DNA from: Octopus vulgaris
Taxonomy: Eukaryota
Direction: 5' to 3'
NCBI GenBank assembly: GCA_951406725.2
Contig: OX597815.1
Coordinates: 180,172,001-180,236,000 of the forward strand
Length of the DNA: 64,000 bases
A program made the translations under genes and the position numbers. The notes under the pieces were generated by a model. It was not told the origin of the DNA. It searched no databases and saw only the letters and a list, made by a program, of their open reading frames with translations. Positions 50,547 to 64,000 of the stretch are shown one piece after another; position 1 is the first letter of the stretch; each line of letters begins with the position of its first letter.

Positions 50547-53500
50547 TTTATCATTCTTTACCTATCAAACCCTTTGATTACTAATTTACTCTGATGAACT
50601 GTTCAATGTTTAGAAATGTAGTTCTATAGAAACCTCTTCCATAATCCCTATTTTGTTTTTCCCACATTAACTCATGTAGCTTGGTAAAACATTGGAGAAA
50701 GAAACCTGTTTCTTGCAATGAATTCACATGAAGCAAAATTTTCTCGTGGGTTCATAAAATATTACTGTGGACCCAATTTACTTGTGTAGACCCCCAAAGG
50801 TTTTACATGGACACTAAGATGCCATATGAACCCCAGGTGAGAACTAGTGCCCAAGATCATCCAAATTTTGTGAGTAAAATTGGGTAGAAGGAAACTGTGT
50901 CGAAGCTTGTTGCAAATATAGTAGTTGTTGTTTAAAAGGTCGAGTTTTGTCACAAAAATTCCACCCAAGAATTATGTTAGAAGCACGTGTGTGTGTGTTG
51001 TGTTTGTTATTTCTTTATTGCCTACAAGGGGCTAAAGACAGAGGGGACAAACAAGGACAGACAAACGTATTAAGTCGATTATATCGACCCCAGTTCGTAA
51101 CTGGTACTTAATTTATCGACTCCGAAAGGATGAAAGGCAAAGTCGACCTCGGCGGAATTTGAACTCAGAACGTAGCAGCAGATGAAATACCGCTAAGCAT
51201 TTCGTCCAGTGTGCTAACATTTCTGCCATCTCGCCACCTTTATGTGTTGTGTTTGTGTGTATACTCATTGTCTCTCAAGCTAATTCAATGAGCAGGCAGT
51301 GGCATTGATAGAACTATGGACTTCTTCATTGACAAAACTGGCATCCCTTTACTTTTTGCTGTTACTAGTTACCACATTGTATCCTTTGCAAAGAAATTTC
51401 ATTCACAGTAATCCATTTTGTTTAATGATAAGCAGATCCTGCGAGCAGAAGGGGTATCTTTCAGGAAGGCAATAAAATCTCTTTATTGAAAAGGATAAAA
51501 AAACAAAAAAAAACAGCAAAGACTCCAATAGAACAGCATAGACTTTAAAGTTCTACTTAGAACATGGGTTCTCAGAACGTAAAGACAGACGAAACAAATT
51601 ATATATTATATTAAATATCAAATGATTCATAGTATAATATAAATTAGTGGAGGCATGTGACTTAGTGGTTAGGGTGTCAGCATCATGATCGTAAGATTGT
51701 GGTTTCGATTCCTGGACCGGGCAACGCATTGTGTTCTTGAGCAAAACACTTCATTTCACGTTGCTCCAGTTCACTCAGCCGGCAAAAGTGAGTAACGCTG
51801 CGATGGACTGTCGTTCCATCCATCTGGGGAACACATACGCCATTGAAACCTGGAAACCGGGCCCGTGAGCCTGGCTAGGCTTTAAAAGGGTGCATTTATT
51901 TTATAATATAAATTAGTAAGATATAAATATTTATTTATACATAAAAATAGGGGTGGGGGTGCTGAGGGAATTTTGTGGCCATGAGGGGCAGGGTAGTGGC
52001 CCAAAAAGTTTGAGAACCTCTGATTAGGGGATGTCATGACTGCCTAAATGACTTAAATACTGGGATAAAATGTAACACCCTTTGATGCATTGAAAAGGAC
52101 TGAGGATAAAGAAAAACGTGTTTTTTTTTTCTTTTTTATGATCGTCATCTTTATCAAAATCATCATCATCATCACCATCATCGTTGTTGTCATCATCATC
52201 ATCATTGTAATCAGTATTGTCCTTGTTATCATTATCATCGTTTTTATTTTCATCATCATCATCCTCATTGGCATCACCATCCTCATCATTGTCCTCATTA
52301 TCCCAATCCTTTATCAGTTATCTTTTACTTGTTTGTGTCGTTAGACTGTGGCCATGCTGGAGCATCACCTCGAGGAATTTTAGTCAAATGAATGAACACC
52401 AGTACAGGTTTTCTTTTTAAGCCTGCTGCTTGTTCTATTGGTGTCTTTTGTTGAACTGCTAAGTTACTTGGACATAAACACAACAGTACTGGCTGTTCAG
52501 TAGTAATGGGGCACACACACACACACACACACACACATACAAAAACAAAAACACATACACACAAACACACAAACAAACTAATATACTCGTACGCATACAC
52601 AAACACACATACACAAATACACACCCACACACATGTACAGTTTTCATCTATCAAATCCATTCCCAACCAAAAGCTTTGCGAGTGGATTTGGTAAATGGAA
52701 ACTGAAAGAAGCCCATCACGCACACACACACACACATAAATATATCTGTGCATGTATCATTGTGTTTGTCTCCTGTTACCCCTTGACAACCAGCGTTGGT
52801 GTGTTTATGTCCCTCTAACTTAGCGATTCAGTGAAAGAGATCAATAGAGTAAGTACCAAAATTTAAAAAGATAAAAAAAATAAGAACTGGGGTTGATTCA
52901 TTCAATTAAGAATTCTTCATGGTGGTGCCCCAGCATGGCCACAGTCTAATGACTGAAGCAAGTAAAAGATGTGGAAACAAGTTGTATAAGAGCAGTGTGC
53001 AAGTATCTGTTCAGAGTTGTATCATCATTATCATCATCATCGTTTAACGTCCGTTTTCCGTGCTAGCATGGGTTGGACGGTTCGACCAGGGTCTGGGAAG
53101 CCAGGAGGCTGCGCCAGGAGGCTGCACCAGGCTCCAGTCTGATTTGGCAGTGTTTCTACAGCTGGATGCCCTTCCTAATGCCAACCACTCCATAAGTGTA
53201 GTGGGTGCTTTTTACGTGCCACCGGCACAGGTGCTAGGGGAGGCTGGCAGCGGCCACGATTGGTTGGTGCTTTTTACGTGTCACCAGCACAGAAGCCAGT
53301 CAAGGTGGCGCTGGCATTGGACACGTTCGGATGGTGCTTTTTATGTGCCACCGGCACAGGGTTGCTAAATATTAGGGTCTGTCTGTATGCTTCGGAAGGA
53401 GTTTAGTTTATGGTAAAGTGTCCACCAAGGCTCCGTTCTCAAGAATCCTTTCTTTTTTCTAACCCCCCCCCTCGTGGTTGTTATACAAGAGATATAGCGG

Positions 53501-54315
53501 TAGATGTGGTTGGAGTGGTGGTCATGATAACAGCTGCTGGAAGTTATGGTGGAAGGCATTAATTAGTGATTAATTGTGATATTACGTACGTTAAGCCTGA
53601 GACTGGAAAGAGAGGAAATGATCTTAAATATAGAGTGAGAGAATGAGAAGGAGAGATAGTGAAAGAAAGTAAAACGATTAGTGAGAGATATTAAGAGAGA
53701 GAGAGAGAGAGCGGTGGGAGGATAATCTTAAGAGCAAGACAGAGAAACAGAAGGAAGGTGCATTTGTGGCATATTAAATAGCATGTTCATGGCCTTGATA
53801 GGCAGCCATTATCATCTCATAAAATATTCCGGTGCCAGGATGTCTAATTAAAGTTTGTTTTCAAATCCTCACCCAAGATAGAAATTTATTTGTAAAAAGA
53901 AATTTAAAAGAAAATTTAACAAATTCCTTTACATCTATTAAATATAAGGAAATGGCAGTGGAGGTCCCGAGTAAAACAAAACAAAACAAAAAAAGAAAAA
54001 GAAAAGAAAAGGCAATGAAAACAAGGCGCAAAAGAGAAAGAGGCAACAAAAGCCAGATCTTGGAAGATCTCCCAGTGTAATTAGGTAACCATTAATTTAC
54101 TAATCAAAGTAAAAACTTAATCTATTAACAACAATATTGTTTATCATGAATGGAGGAAAAAGAATTGGGCAGCTGTCCACAAAATTTTGGAATAATTTTT
54201 TTTCATTGATTTTCAACATTCTGATGAATGTGTGTACATATATGTATGAGTGTGTGTGTATATATATATATACATATATATACATACACATACATACATA
54301 CATATATGAACATAT

Positions 54316-54355
<40 letters not shown>

Positions 54356-54367
54356 GTACATATATGA

Positions 54368-54429
<62 letters not shown>

Positions 54430-54665
54430 GTACATATATGAACATATATACACACACACGTACATATATACATATATAAATACACATATGCATATATATG
54501 TAAACACACACACACACACACACACATACACATATATATATATGTACACACACGCGCACACACACACATGTACTTCCTCCTATCTCTTTTCCCACAAAAT
54601 TTACCTGGGGTACCACCTGGCACATTATCACCACTGTCTATCTTCTTGCTGACACCTTTAACTCA

Positions 54666-54699
<34 letters not shown>

Positions 54700-55047
54700 A
54701 AACATGAGTAGCCCCATGTAGCTCCAGTAAAACAAGAACCTCTTCTGCCCCATCTTCTTCGCTCATACCTTAGCCCACATCTTCCTGGGTTTGTTCAGTC
54801 ATGAGCGTTATGGTGTCATCAACAGTGCTGGTGCCACATAAAAAGCATCCAGCACACACTGTAAAGTTGTTAGCCCTAGAAATGGCATCCAGCTGTAGAA
54901 ACCATGCCATAGCAGACAGTGGAACACAATGCAGTCCTTAACTCACTGGATTCCTGTCAAATCATCAAACCCATTCCAGCAGGGAACATGCATGATGATG
55001 ATGATACATATATTCATATATATACACAGACATATACATACATTATA

Positions 55048-55436
55048 GGCGCAGGTGTGGCTGTGTGGTAAGTAGCTTTCTTACGAACTACATGGTCCTG
55101 GGTTTAGTCCCACTGCGTGGCACCTTGGCCAAGTGTCTTCTACTATAGCCTCAAGCAGACCAAAGCCTTGTGAGCAGATTTGGTAGACGGAAACTGAAAG
55201 AAGCCCGTTGTATATGTGTGTGTGTGTGTATATGTTTGTGTGTCTGTGTTTGTCCTCCCAACATCGCTTACAACCGATGCTGGTGTGTTTACGTCTCCGT
55301 AACTTAGCAGTTCGGCAAAAGAGACTGATAGAATAAATACTAGGCTTACAAAGGATATGTCCTGGGGTCGATTTGCTCGACTAAAGGCGGTGCTTCAGCA
55401 TGGCCACAGTCAAATGACTGAAACAAGTAAAAGAGT
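55048..55436 (+). mobile_element. SINE family 1
   Basis: Full head, body and tail. Confidence 0.85.
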
Positions 55437-55866
55437 AATACATATCTTATATATTTCTCCTCCCATGTGACCAGTGTCCGTCCATCCATGATCTTTCTTT
55501 CATGGCCTGACTGCCTACTGCCAACACCTCTTATGTCCATCTCCCATGTTTCTGCCTTTAAGCTTTCACTTCATACACACCAATTCAATTTGATTCGTTC
55601 TCAGTCAAAAGACACCTGTTGTTATTTCTTGTTGTTTGTATTCGTAATTGTGTAGCATGTTCTCTGTTTTTTTGTTTGTTTGTTTTTTTTGTCTTTTTTG
55701 CTGTACACATTTGCTAGTTTTCTTACAAAGGGGTCTAATGCTCTTAGCTTAGACTTTTTTGGTGGTGACTTCTGGGAACTTAACTGATGAAAGAAAGCCA
55801 AAAATGTATTAACTATCTGTTCAAGCGTTTTAATGCCCTCTATTGCATTTTTGCTCCATTTTTGTA

Positions 55867-55913
<47 letters not shown>

Positions 55914-56121
55914 TAGCTTCCCCTGGCACCTGTGCCACTGGCACGTTAAAAGCACCCACTACACTCACGGAGTGGTTGGCGTTAGGAAGGGCATCCTGCT
56001 GTAGAAACACTGCCAGATCAGACTGGAGCCTGGTGCAGCCTCCTGGCTTCCCAGACCCCGGTCGAACCGTCCAACCCGTGCTAGCACGGAAAACGGACGT
56101 TAAACGATGATGACATATACA

Positions 56122-56153
<32 letters not shown>

Positions 56154-56245
56154 CATATCACACACACACACATATATATTTGCCATTATTGATCGCTAGC
56201 CACTAACCCATTTTTTATTTGCTCTCTCTGTTTATTTCTGTATTT

Positions 56246-56281
56246 TTTTCTGTTGAAGAGCGTAGGCTTGAAATGTAAAAG
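56246..56281 (+). ncRNA. Degenerate minimal hammerhead motif in a PLE-like terminal fragment
   Basis: TTTT-CTGTTGA-A-GAGC(gtag)GCTT-GAAA-TG-TA-AAAG; one core mismatch. Confidence 0.5.
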
Positions 56282-56473
56282 ACTTTCTCACTTCCCAAGC
56301 ATTAAATTAATACATCTGTTTGTTGTCTACACCACCTGTCTTTGTCTTTTGTTTCGTTTATTTCTTTGTAAATTCTAACTATAAATATATATATATTCAA
56401 AATGTGACCGCGTGTGTACTGTTGGCGATTTTTTTCCTTCATCTTCCCTTCTCTGGATCTTTCCTTCTCCTAT

Positions 56474-56508
56474 GTTTCCAACGAAGAGCTCCGCTCGTAA
56501 CGTTAAAC
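56474..56508 (+). ncRNA. Degenerate minimal hammerhead motif
   Basis: GTTT-CCAACGA-A-GAGC(tcc)GCTC-GTAA-CG-TT-AAAC; stems intact, core decayed; between (TA)n tracts. Confidence 0.45.
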
Positions 56509-56607
56509 CCTCCTTCTTTCCTTCTTTCCTGAGCGTCCAATAATACTATATTTGTTCCACATCCTTGCGTTGTTGTGTTTTTTTTGTGCTTTCAAGTTTG
56601 GATTAAC

Positions 56608-56664
<57 letters not shown>

Positions 56665-56929
56665 ATAATAATTATATACGTTTTTATTATTTTTTTGCAA
56701 TTTACTTAATCATTGGTATATTATTGTTATTTTAATTTAAATATTTCTGTTATATGTAATTTTCTAGATGGTATAATTTAATTGTTCATTTTGAATTGAT
56801 AAAAGGTGTTTTTTTCTAATTTTTTATATACATATATTCTTTTCCCTTCCCTTTTATTGGTTTCAGCTCAGAGCCGTGGCCATGCTGGGGCACCGCCGTT
56901 CTGCTACACTGTTATTATTGAGAGCCTCC

Positions 56930-57100
56930 TCTGATATGAGGTCTTTGGTGAATAAGGGAGTTTGATGTCGCTGCCCTCATTTGTGACCCTGCCATGGGAT
57001 AGGTTCATCTGAGGCTCTTGACAGGAAGAGATCCACTGTTGTTTTGAATACACTTACATCTACTTTGTGTAGGTCTCTCAGGCTCTTTGGGAGAAAATTA
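56930..57100 (-). pseudogene. CR1-like LINE 3' fragment
   Basis: NFLPKSLRDLHKVDVSVFKTTVDLFLSRASDEP..(fs)RAATSNSLIHQ. Confidence 0.7.
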
Positions 57101-57383
57101 TGAGCAGATATACATACAAATACATAGAGACATATATATACATGTACACACATACACATATATATACAAACATACATATATACATACATACACACATATA
57201 TACATACACACATACACATATATATATACATTACAAACATATACACACACATATACATACATGTATACGTACATATACAGATTCACATATATATGAATAC
57301 ATATACAAATACACCTATATGTATACATTATATAAATATACTAAGCACATACACACAAACACACACACACACACACATATATA

Positions 57384-57418
<35 letters not shown>

Positions 57419-57697
57419 TGTTGCTGTTATGTTGAACTGTCGTATGTCCAAATTTGGTCAAATGCATTCTTTATCTCAATATTTATTTTTGCTTGCAACA
57501 GTCAATTCTTTTGGTCATACCATCGTATCTCCAGCTGCTTCAGATGCGAAGATACCAAAAATTGTCAAAGCATAGTACAACAGTTTTACTATGGAATGGT
57601 GAAACTATTTTTTCGTTTTCTGAAAAAAAGCAACATTTTAGACTTACAACATTTTTGCATAATAACAACGATATATATATGCATATACATACATACT

Positions 57698-57730
<33 letters not shown>

Positions 57731-58048
57731 TATATACACATACACACATTTGCATATGTATTTGTATGACTTGTGTACCTAATTATATGTATGCCTGTAT
57801 TTCTTCATCAAAGTTGTTTTCTAACAATAGAGGCAATGGAGAATAAGAAAAAAAGAAAGATGTTTTCTTCAGGCACGTCTGAAAAATATTTAAAACCTAC
57901 ACAATTAAATGGGAGAATTTTGAATCTTTTGTTTAGCCTTTATGTGCTTGTTTCCTCTCCTTCCTCATCATCATTACTGTCACCACCATCAGTCGTATTG
58001 TGTGTGTATGTATATATGCGTGTGTGTGTGTGTATGTATTCATGTGTA

Positions 58049-58099
<51 letters not shown>

Positions 58100-58127
58100 T
58101 TTAAAGCAGCAGAAAATTCAACAAAAC

Positions 58128-58165
58128 CTGTTACTCTGAGTTTCACGTTCCCGTTCATTGGACAG
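58128..58165 (-). ncRNA. Hammerhead motif inside a ~135-bp fold-back (58093-58228)
   Basis: Minus strand CTGT-CCAATGA-ACG(GGAA)CGT-GAAA-CTCAGAG-TA-ACAG; core partly mutated. Confidence 0.55.
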
Positions 58166-58293
58166 TTTTTGCTAGCAAAACTCAGAGTAACAGGTTTTCT
58201 TGAATTTTCTGCTGCTTTAAATAAATATATTACTCTACCACTGGTATTTGAGTACTCTTTTTTCCACCTTGTTTCACACTTATGTGTTTACTC

Positions 58294-58352
<59 letters not shown>

Positions 58353-58361
<9 letters not shown>

Positions 58362-58757
58362 GCAGTCAAGAATGCTTATTTCTATCAAAGTGGGACTCCG
58401 GGCACGACAAACCCTGTAATTCACATATGCTCGCTTTCTTCAAATATTTTGATGTCGCATGGTCAGAAGGTTTGAGGTACGTAGCATTTGATAAATCTAT
58501 GATAAATCTATTTCAATGGAAAGCTGTGCTGAAGAAGGATGTGAAATATATATGCAATGTATATGAAATATATATCAAAAATATATATGAAATATATATT
58601 CAATATGTTTATAATCCAGAAACATGATGTTCACAGATAACCACCAGACTTCGTTTTCGATATCTATTCCTTCTGTTTTGCATATGTGAATTACAGGGTT
58701 TGTCGTGCCCGGAGTCCCACTTTGATAGAAATAAGCATTCTTGACTGCTATTTCTAT
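58353..58757. repeat. Perfect 78-bp inverted repeat (58353-58430 / 58680-58757)
   Basis: Arms are exact reverse complements by eye; left arm abuts (TA)n. Confidence 0.95.
58524..58636 (+). ncRNA. Hammerhead ribozyme motif with a ~70-nt AT-rich stem II loop
   Basis: CTGTG-CTGAAGA-A-GGAT..ATCC-a-GAAA-CATGATG-TT-CACAG; 5-bp stem I, intact core. Confidence 0.7.
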
Positions 58758-58926
58758 TTTTTCGGTATGCGGTCAAGCAACCTGTTGCCTGTCCCTTTTT
58801 CTTATATACAATATATATACTGAACTTTACAGAAGTTCCTGCCGGTAATCGGCTATATTTACATACCGAATTCTACCAGTAAATAATTGTGGTTTTTTTA
58901 AAAACCTTTATAGAAATTATTTACCC

Positions 58927-58973
<47 letters not shown>

Positions 58974-59060
58974 TATACATATATACATATATATTAGCAT
59001 GGGAAGCTGACGTTAAATGATGATGATGATGATGTATATATATATGTATGTATATATATG

Positions 59061-59094
<34 letters not shown>

Positions 59095-59720
59095 TCTATA
59101 TATATATATGTATATATGTATATATCTATATATATATGTGTGTGTGTGTGTATGTGTATATGTATATGTGAGCAAGTCTATGCATTCCCCCATTTATCAT
59201 CATCATCATCATCATCATTTAACCACACATTTTCCATGCTGGCATGTGACAGTATATGTGTGTGTGCATGTGTGCGTGTGTATGTGTGTATTAAAAAAAA
59301 GAAGGTAGTCAGGATTTTGGATAATTATATATTTAGTGCTTTCATCTTGTTTCAAAGAATCATATATATTTGTATGTATGTATATATATATATATATTTG
59401 ATATAATATATTGTCATTAATATCAGGAAATCAATATTAGAAAATTCTTCAGAAAGATATATACTTGTGTAAAATAATTGTTGTATTAAAAAATATAGAT
59501 ATGTATAAAATATATGTAAATATGTATTAGTATAAATATATAATGTATATGACAGTTTAAAAGTTCTGAATGGCCTCCGTGTCAGTGATTGGCCTGTGTG
59601 CCAGTGCCTCATAAAGAGTACCATTTGATCCTGGTTAATGCCAGCCCCCTCTGGCCCCTGCACTAGTGGCATGTAAAAAAGCACCCACTACACTCTCAGA
59701 GTGGTTGGCGTTAGGAAGGG

Positions 59721-60276
59721 CATTCAGCTGTAAAAACACTGCCAGATCAGACTGGAGCCTGGTGCAGCCTCCTGGCTTCACAGACCCCAGTCGAACCATC
59801 CAACTCATGCTAGCATGGAAAACGGACTTTAAACGATGATGATGATGACGACGATGATGATGATGATTTAAAAGCCGTTGGAATTGTCTTGAGACAAACA
59901 AAACACCCACATGACTTCGTTAGTGACCAGTTTGAATTTAATGAATTTCTTATAGAAAAATAAATCTTGAAGGGACGCACACACACACAAAGACACACAC
60001 ACACACAAACACACACACTCATTCAGCTGTAAAAACACTGCCAGATCAGACTGGAGCCTGGTGCAGCCTCCTGGCTTCACAGACCCCAGTTGAACCATCC
60101 AACTCATGCAAGCATGGAAAACGGACTTTAAACGATGATGATGACAATGATGATGATGATGATTTAAAAGCCGTTGGAATTGTCTTGAGACAAACAAAAC
60201 ACCCACATGACTTCATTAGTGACCAGTTTGAATTTAATGAATTTCTTATAGAAAAATAAATCTTGAAGGGACGCAC

Positions 60277-60310
<34 letters not shown>
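59721..60310 (+). repeat. Tandem duplication, period ~299 bp
   Basis: 59721-60019 repeated from 60020, including RTE tail and unique flank. Confidence 0.9.
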
Positions 60311-60312
<2 letters not shown>

Positions 60313-60666
60313 GCACGCAAACACACGCTCAATTATTCCTTTACTGCTTTTGGAGATTGGGCACCGTCTTCATAAACATCTAATATAAAAGTAGCTAGCT
60401 TATGTGCTCAATTGTATTTTTTACTTGAATCTTCAGCATCTTAATTTCAAACCATTTTTTTTTCTTTTGTTAATCTATCGTTTGACGGACAGGTTATGTT
60501 CCATCTCATACAACTCTGACCTACTGAACTGCAGAACTTGAATTACTACACGCAGTAGCATAATTTCTTTCTTTTACTTTCTTTCTGGTTTTTTACCACT
60601 GTTAATCAATTGTAGCAACTGTGTATACATTTGATTACTCATTGAACTTATGTCATTATTATATAC

Positions 60667-61058
60667 TCTTTACTCTTTTTACTCTTTTACTTATTTCAGT
60701 CATTTTGTCTGCGGCCATGCTGGAGCACCGCCTTTAATCGAGCAACTCGACCCCGGGACTTATTCTTTGTAAGCCCAGTACTTATTCTATCGGTCTCTTT
60801 TTGCCGAACCGCTAAGTGACAGGGACATAAACACACCAGCATCGGTTGTCAAGCAATGCTAGGGGGACAAACACAGACGCACAAACACACACACGCATAT
60901 ATATACATATATACGATGGGCTTCTTTCAGTTTCTGTCTACCAAATCCACTCACAAGGCTTTGGTCGGCCCAAGGCTATAGTAGAAGACACTAGCCTAAG
61001 GTGCCATGCAGTGGGACTGAACCCGGGACCATGTGGTTGGTAAACAAGCTACTTACCA
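60667..61058 (-). mobile_element. SINE family 1, same subfamily as 584-1026 and 62330-62730
   Basis: Shared diagnostic TTTAATCGAGCAACTCGACCCCGGG and GTCAAGCAATGCTAG. Confidence 0.85.
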
Positions 61059-61759
61059 TTTTCTTTATATTTCATCATCATCATCGTTTAACGTCCTCTT
61101 TCCATGCTGGTATCGGTTTGACTGGGGTTTTGGCAAGCCAGGAGGTCGCACCAGGCTCCAAACTGATCTGGCATGCCCCATCTAACACCAACCTCTCCAA
61201 GAGTGTAGTAGGTGCTTTTTACATGCCACCAACACAGGAGCCAGACAGGGTGAGGGGGCTGGCATTGACCACATTCGGATGATGCTTTTTACGTGCCACT
61301 GGCAGGGAAGCCAGTGAAGCTGGCATCAGCCATGTTCAGATGTTGTTTTTATGTGCCACCGGCACAGGAGCCAGTCAGGGCCAGGGGGCTAGCATTGACC
61401 ATGTTCAGATGGTGCTTCTTTACTGGCAAGGGAAGCCAGTCAGGCAGCACTAGCAATGACTGACACATGTATGGTGCTTATTGCGTGCCACCAGCATGGG
61501 AGCCAGTCAGGTGGCACTGGCACCAATGTGTACATGAGTGTGTGCATGTGTGAATCAATATATGCGCAGGCATGTGTGTATGTGTGTGTGTGTATGTGTG
61601 TGTGTGTGTGTGTGTGTTTTAAGGTGGTGGACCAGCAGAACTATTGGTATGTTGGACAAAATGCTTAGGCATATTTCGTCTGCCTTTATGTTCTGAGTTC
61701 AAATTACAGAGGTCAACTTTGCCTGCCATCATTTCGAGGTTGATAAAATAGCATACCAC

Positions 61760-62104
61760 ATTGGGTAGGGAGGCTCTGAAAGGGGTCTCAAGGAGTAGTG
61801 TTCCTGTCTTCCTTGGCTAGTTTTACATTACATTTCTTAAAATTTGTGGTAGAGGCCTTGGTCTCGGGACCACTCATGTCTAGAAACTGAAGTTGGGAGT
61901 AAGCGGGGGTATGCTCCCCATAGAAAATCCAGCTCCAGAAAAGCCTCATGGTAGCAAAAGAGAATGGGCACCAGCCAGCCCAATGGTTGGGGTGGGCTGC
62001 ACCTGTCTGCCTCAGTTGCTATGGCATTGAGGTAGATCCAGCCACCCCTGCTAACGGGGACAAAACCTGTATTTAAAACACTGGATGATGATGATGATGA
62101 TGAT
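61760..62104 (+). mobile_element. GC-richer retroposon 3' portion with (GAT)n tail, probably RTE-mobilised
   Basis: Ends CCAGCCACCCCTGCTAACGGGGACAAAACC..(GAT)n. Confidence 0.45.
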
Positions 62105-62329
62105 TGGATGGCTGTGATAAGAGTATTATGAATTTGCTGGCATCACTCTCAGAGTCATTAGATCATGCAAGCTCCACCATGGCAAGGAATGAGCATCATA
62201 AAGCATACACATACACACATATGCATATATATATATATATATATATATATGCATATTTATCCCTAATTGCATAATATTTTTATTTGTGCTATTAAATGTT
62301 TTAATCCTTTCTGTTTTCTTTGCATACTG

Positions 62330-62730
62330 GAGGAGTGGCTGTGTGGTAAGTAGCTTGTTTACCAACCACATGGTTCCGGGTTCAGTCCCACTGCGTGGCA
62401 CCTTGGGCAAGTGTCTTCTACTATAGCCTCGGGCCGACCAAAGCCTTGTGAGTGGATTTGGTAGACGGAAACTGAAAGAAGCCTGTTGTATATATGTCTA
62501 TATATATATGCATGTGTATGTATGTGTGTTTGTGTGTCTGTGTTTGTCCCCCTAGCATTGCTTGACAACCGATGCTGGGGTGTTTATGCCCCTGTCACTT
62601 AGCAGTTCGGCAAAAGAGACCGATAGAATAAGTACTGGGCTTACAAAGAATAAGTCCCGGGGTCAAGTTGCTCGATTAAAGGTGGTGCCCCAGCATGGCC
62701 GCAGTCAAATGACTGAAACAAGTAAAAAAA
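62330..62730 (+). mobile_element. SINE family 1
   Basis: Full-length, near consensus. Confidence 0.88.
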
Positions 62731-63198
62731 AAAATACTGTTTCTCCCTGTTATCTTGGTGTGGTATGGTAGATAAATCTAAGACTTTAGCTCTTATTTCT
62801 AGCAGGTGGATGCTTGTTAAGCATCCTTACGCTTCGTGCAAATTTATAATTCATAGCTATTTAACGCTATTGCGTCTGCAACCTACCTATGTCACTGCTG
62901 TTGATATCATCAATTTTAAAATTTATTCACAGATGATATGAACAGTAGTGACATCTGATTTCAAATCTCAGTGTTTGAATGTTTTGCTTATATATATGTG
63001 TGTGTGTGTATGCATGTATGTAGAATGTGTGTATGTGTGTGTATATATATATATATCATCATCATCAACATCATTGTTTAATGTCTGCTTTCCATGCTAG
63101 CATGGGTTGGACGAATGACTGAGGGCTGGCGAACCAGATGGCTGCACCAGACTCCAATCTTGATTTGGCAGAGTTTCTACAGCTGGATGCCCTTCCTA

Positions 63199-63265
<67 letters not shown>

Positions 63266-64000
63266 AGTTCAAAAGAAATGGAAGTAGAGAGATGTGTCAC
63301 TGAAGATACTGCAACAATATGATGAAATAATTATTTGACAAAAAAAGAAATGACAATACTCACAATACTGGACATTTGAACGATTAACTGTTTGACTAAA
63401 GTGTTTAACATATGAGTTTGAAAAACTAGTAAGGAACAACTAATCGATAAATTGGTTAAAGGAATAACTAACCCATTAACTACCAATAACAATAAAGAAT
63501 CGAACCAGTGCTTGTGTTTATTATTACTGGCATAATGCCCCTCCCAAGGTTCAATAGTATTTCTTTCAACACACGAAGTCACATCAAGAATCTTGCAAAC
63601 CAAATAGAAATACCGAATGCCACACATCCATTTCCAAGTAAGTTTTATCTTAATAATTCCGATGTGCACTCTACAACTATCTCTATTCTATCTCCCTCTC
63701 TTGTTCTTCTTCCTTTCTGTTTTTCTCTCCCACCCTTCCTCTAATTCTTCTCCTCTCCCCTTCACCATTCCCTCCCTCTCCCTCACTCTTCCTCCTTGAC
63801 TCTCTTGTTACTCACGCGTGACCAATGGCTACCTATCTTTCTTTCTTCCTCTTCCTTCCTAAAGACAAGATGTGCTTTTGCCTGTCTCTTCTCAAAGCTC
63901 GTTTTTCCAGCATTCATCACTTCACCTTGTTATGGCTAAACAGCCCTTACAGTTTGTTTTTACTGTTTTGTTCTTACTGTCCTGTTTTTGTCACTACTTT

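Noticed and set aside
57773-58627. Longest ORF in the window (284 aa)
   Set aside because: Reads through (TG)n, (TA)n and HHR/PLE fragments; no protein signature.

Overview
AT-rich, repeat-saturated, apparently intronic/intergenic eukaryotic DNA. The repeat content (tRNA-derived SINEs, (TA)n/(CA)n/(CAT)n/(AAT)n microsatellites, RTE tails) looks like a cephalopod (Octopus-like) genome; that is an inference. No intact host protein-coding gene is recognisable, and nearly all listed ORFs are microsatellite or SINE read-throughs. Supportable content: many SINEs; 3' fragments of RTE, CR1-like and R4/Dong LINEs; decayed hAT, mariner and Chapaev-type transposases; piggyBac-, Tc1- and Merlin-like MITEs; and non-autonomous Helitrons, including a multi-level nest at 36.5-43.2 kb. 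The most interesting signal is invisible in the ORF track: more than a dozen minimal type-I hammerhead ribozyme (HHR) motifs (CUGANGA-stem II-GAAA-short stem III-NUH) in several unrelated Penelope-like (PLE) terminal-repeat families, mostly in fold-back arrangements next to (TA)n. One family fuses a tRNA-like Pol III head to the hammerhead. A Penelope GIY-YIG relic at ~23.3 kb also carries, in its 3' region, a multi-hairpin motif that recurs with compensatory changes in a 350-bp palindrome at 6.8-7.2 kb. Coordinates were read by eye and may be off by a few bases.
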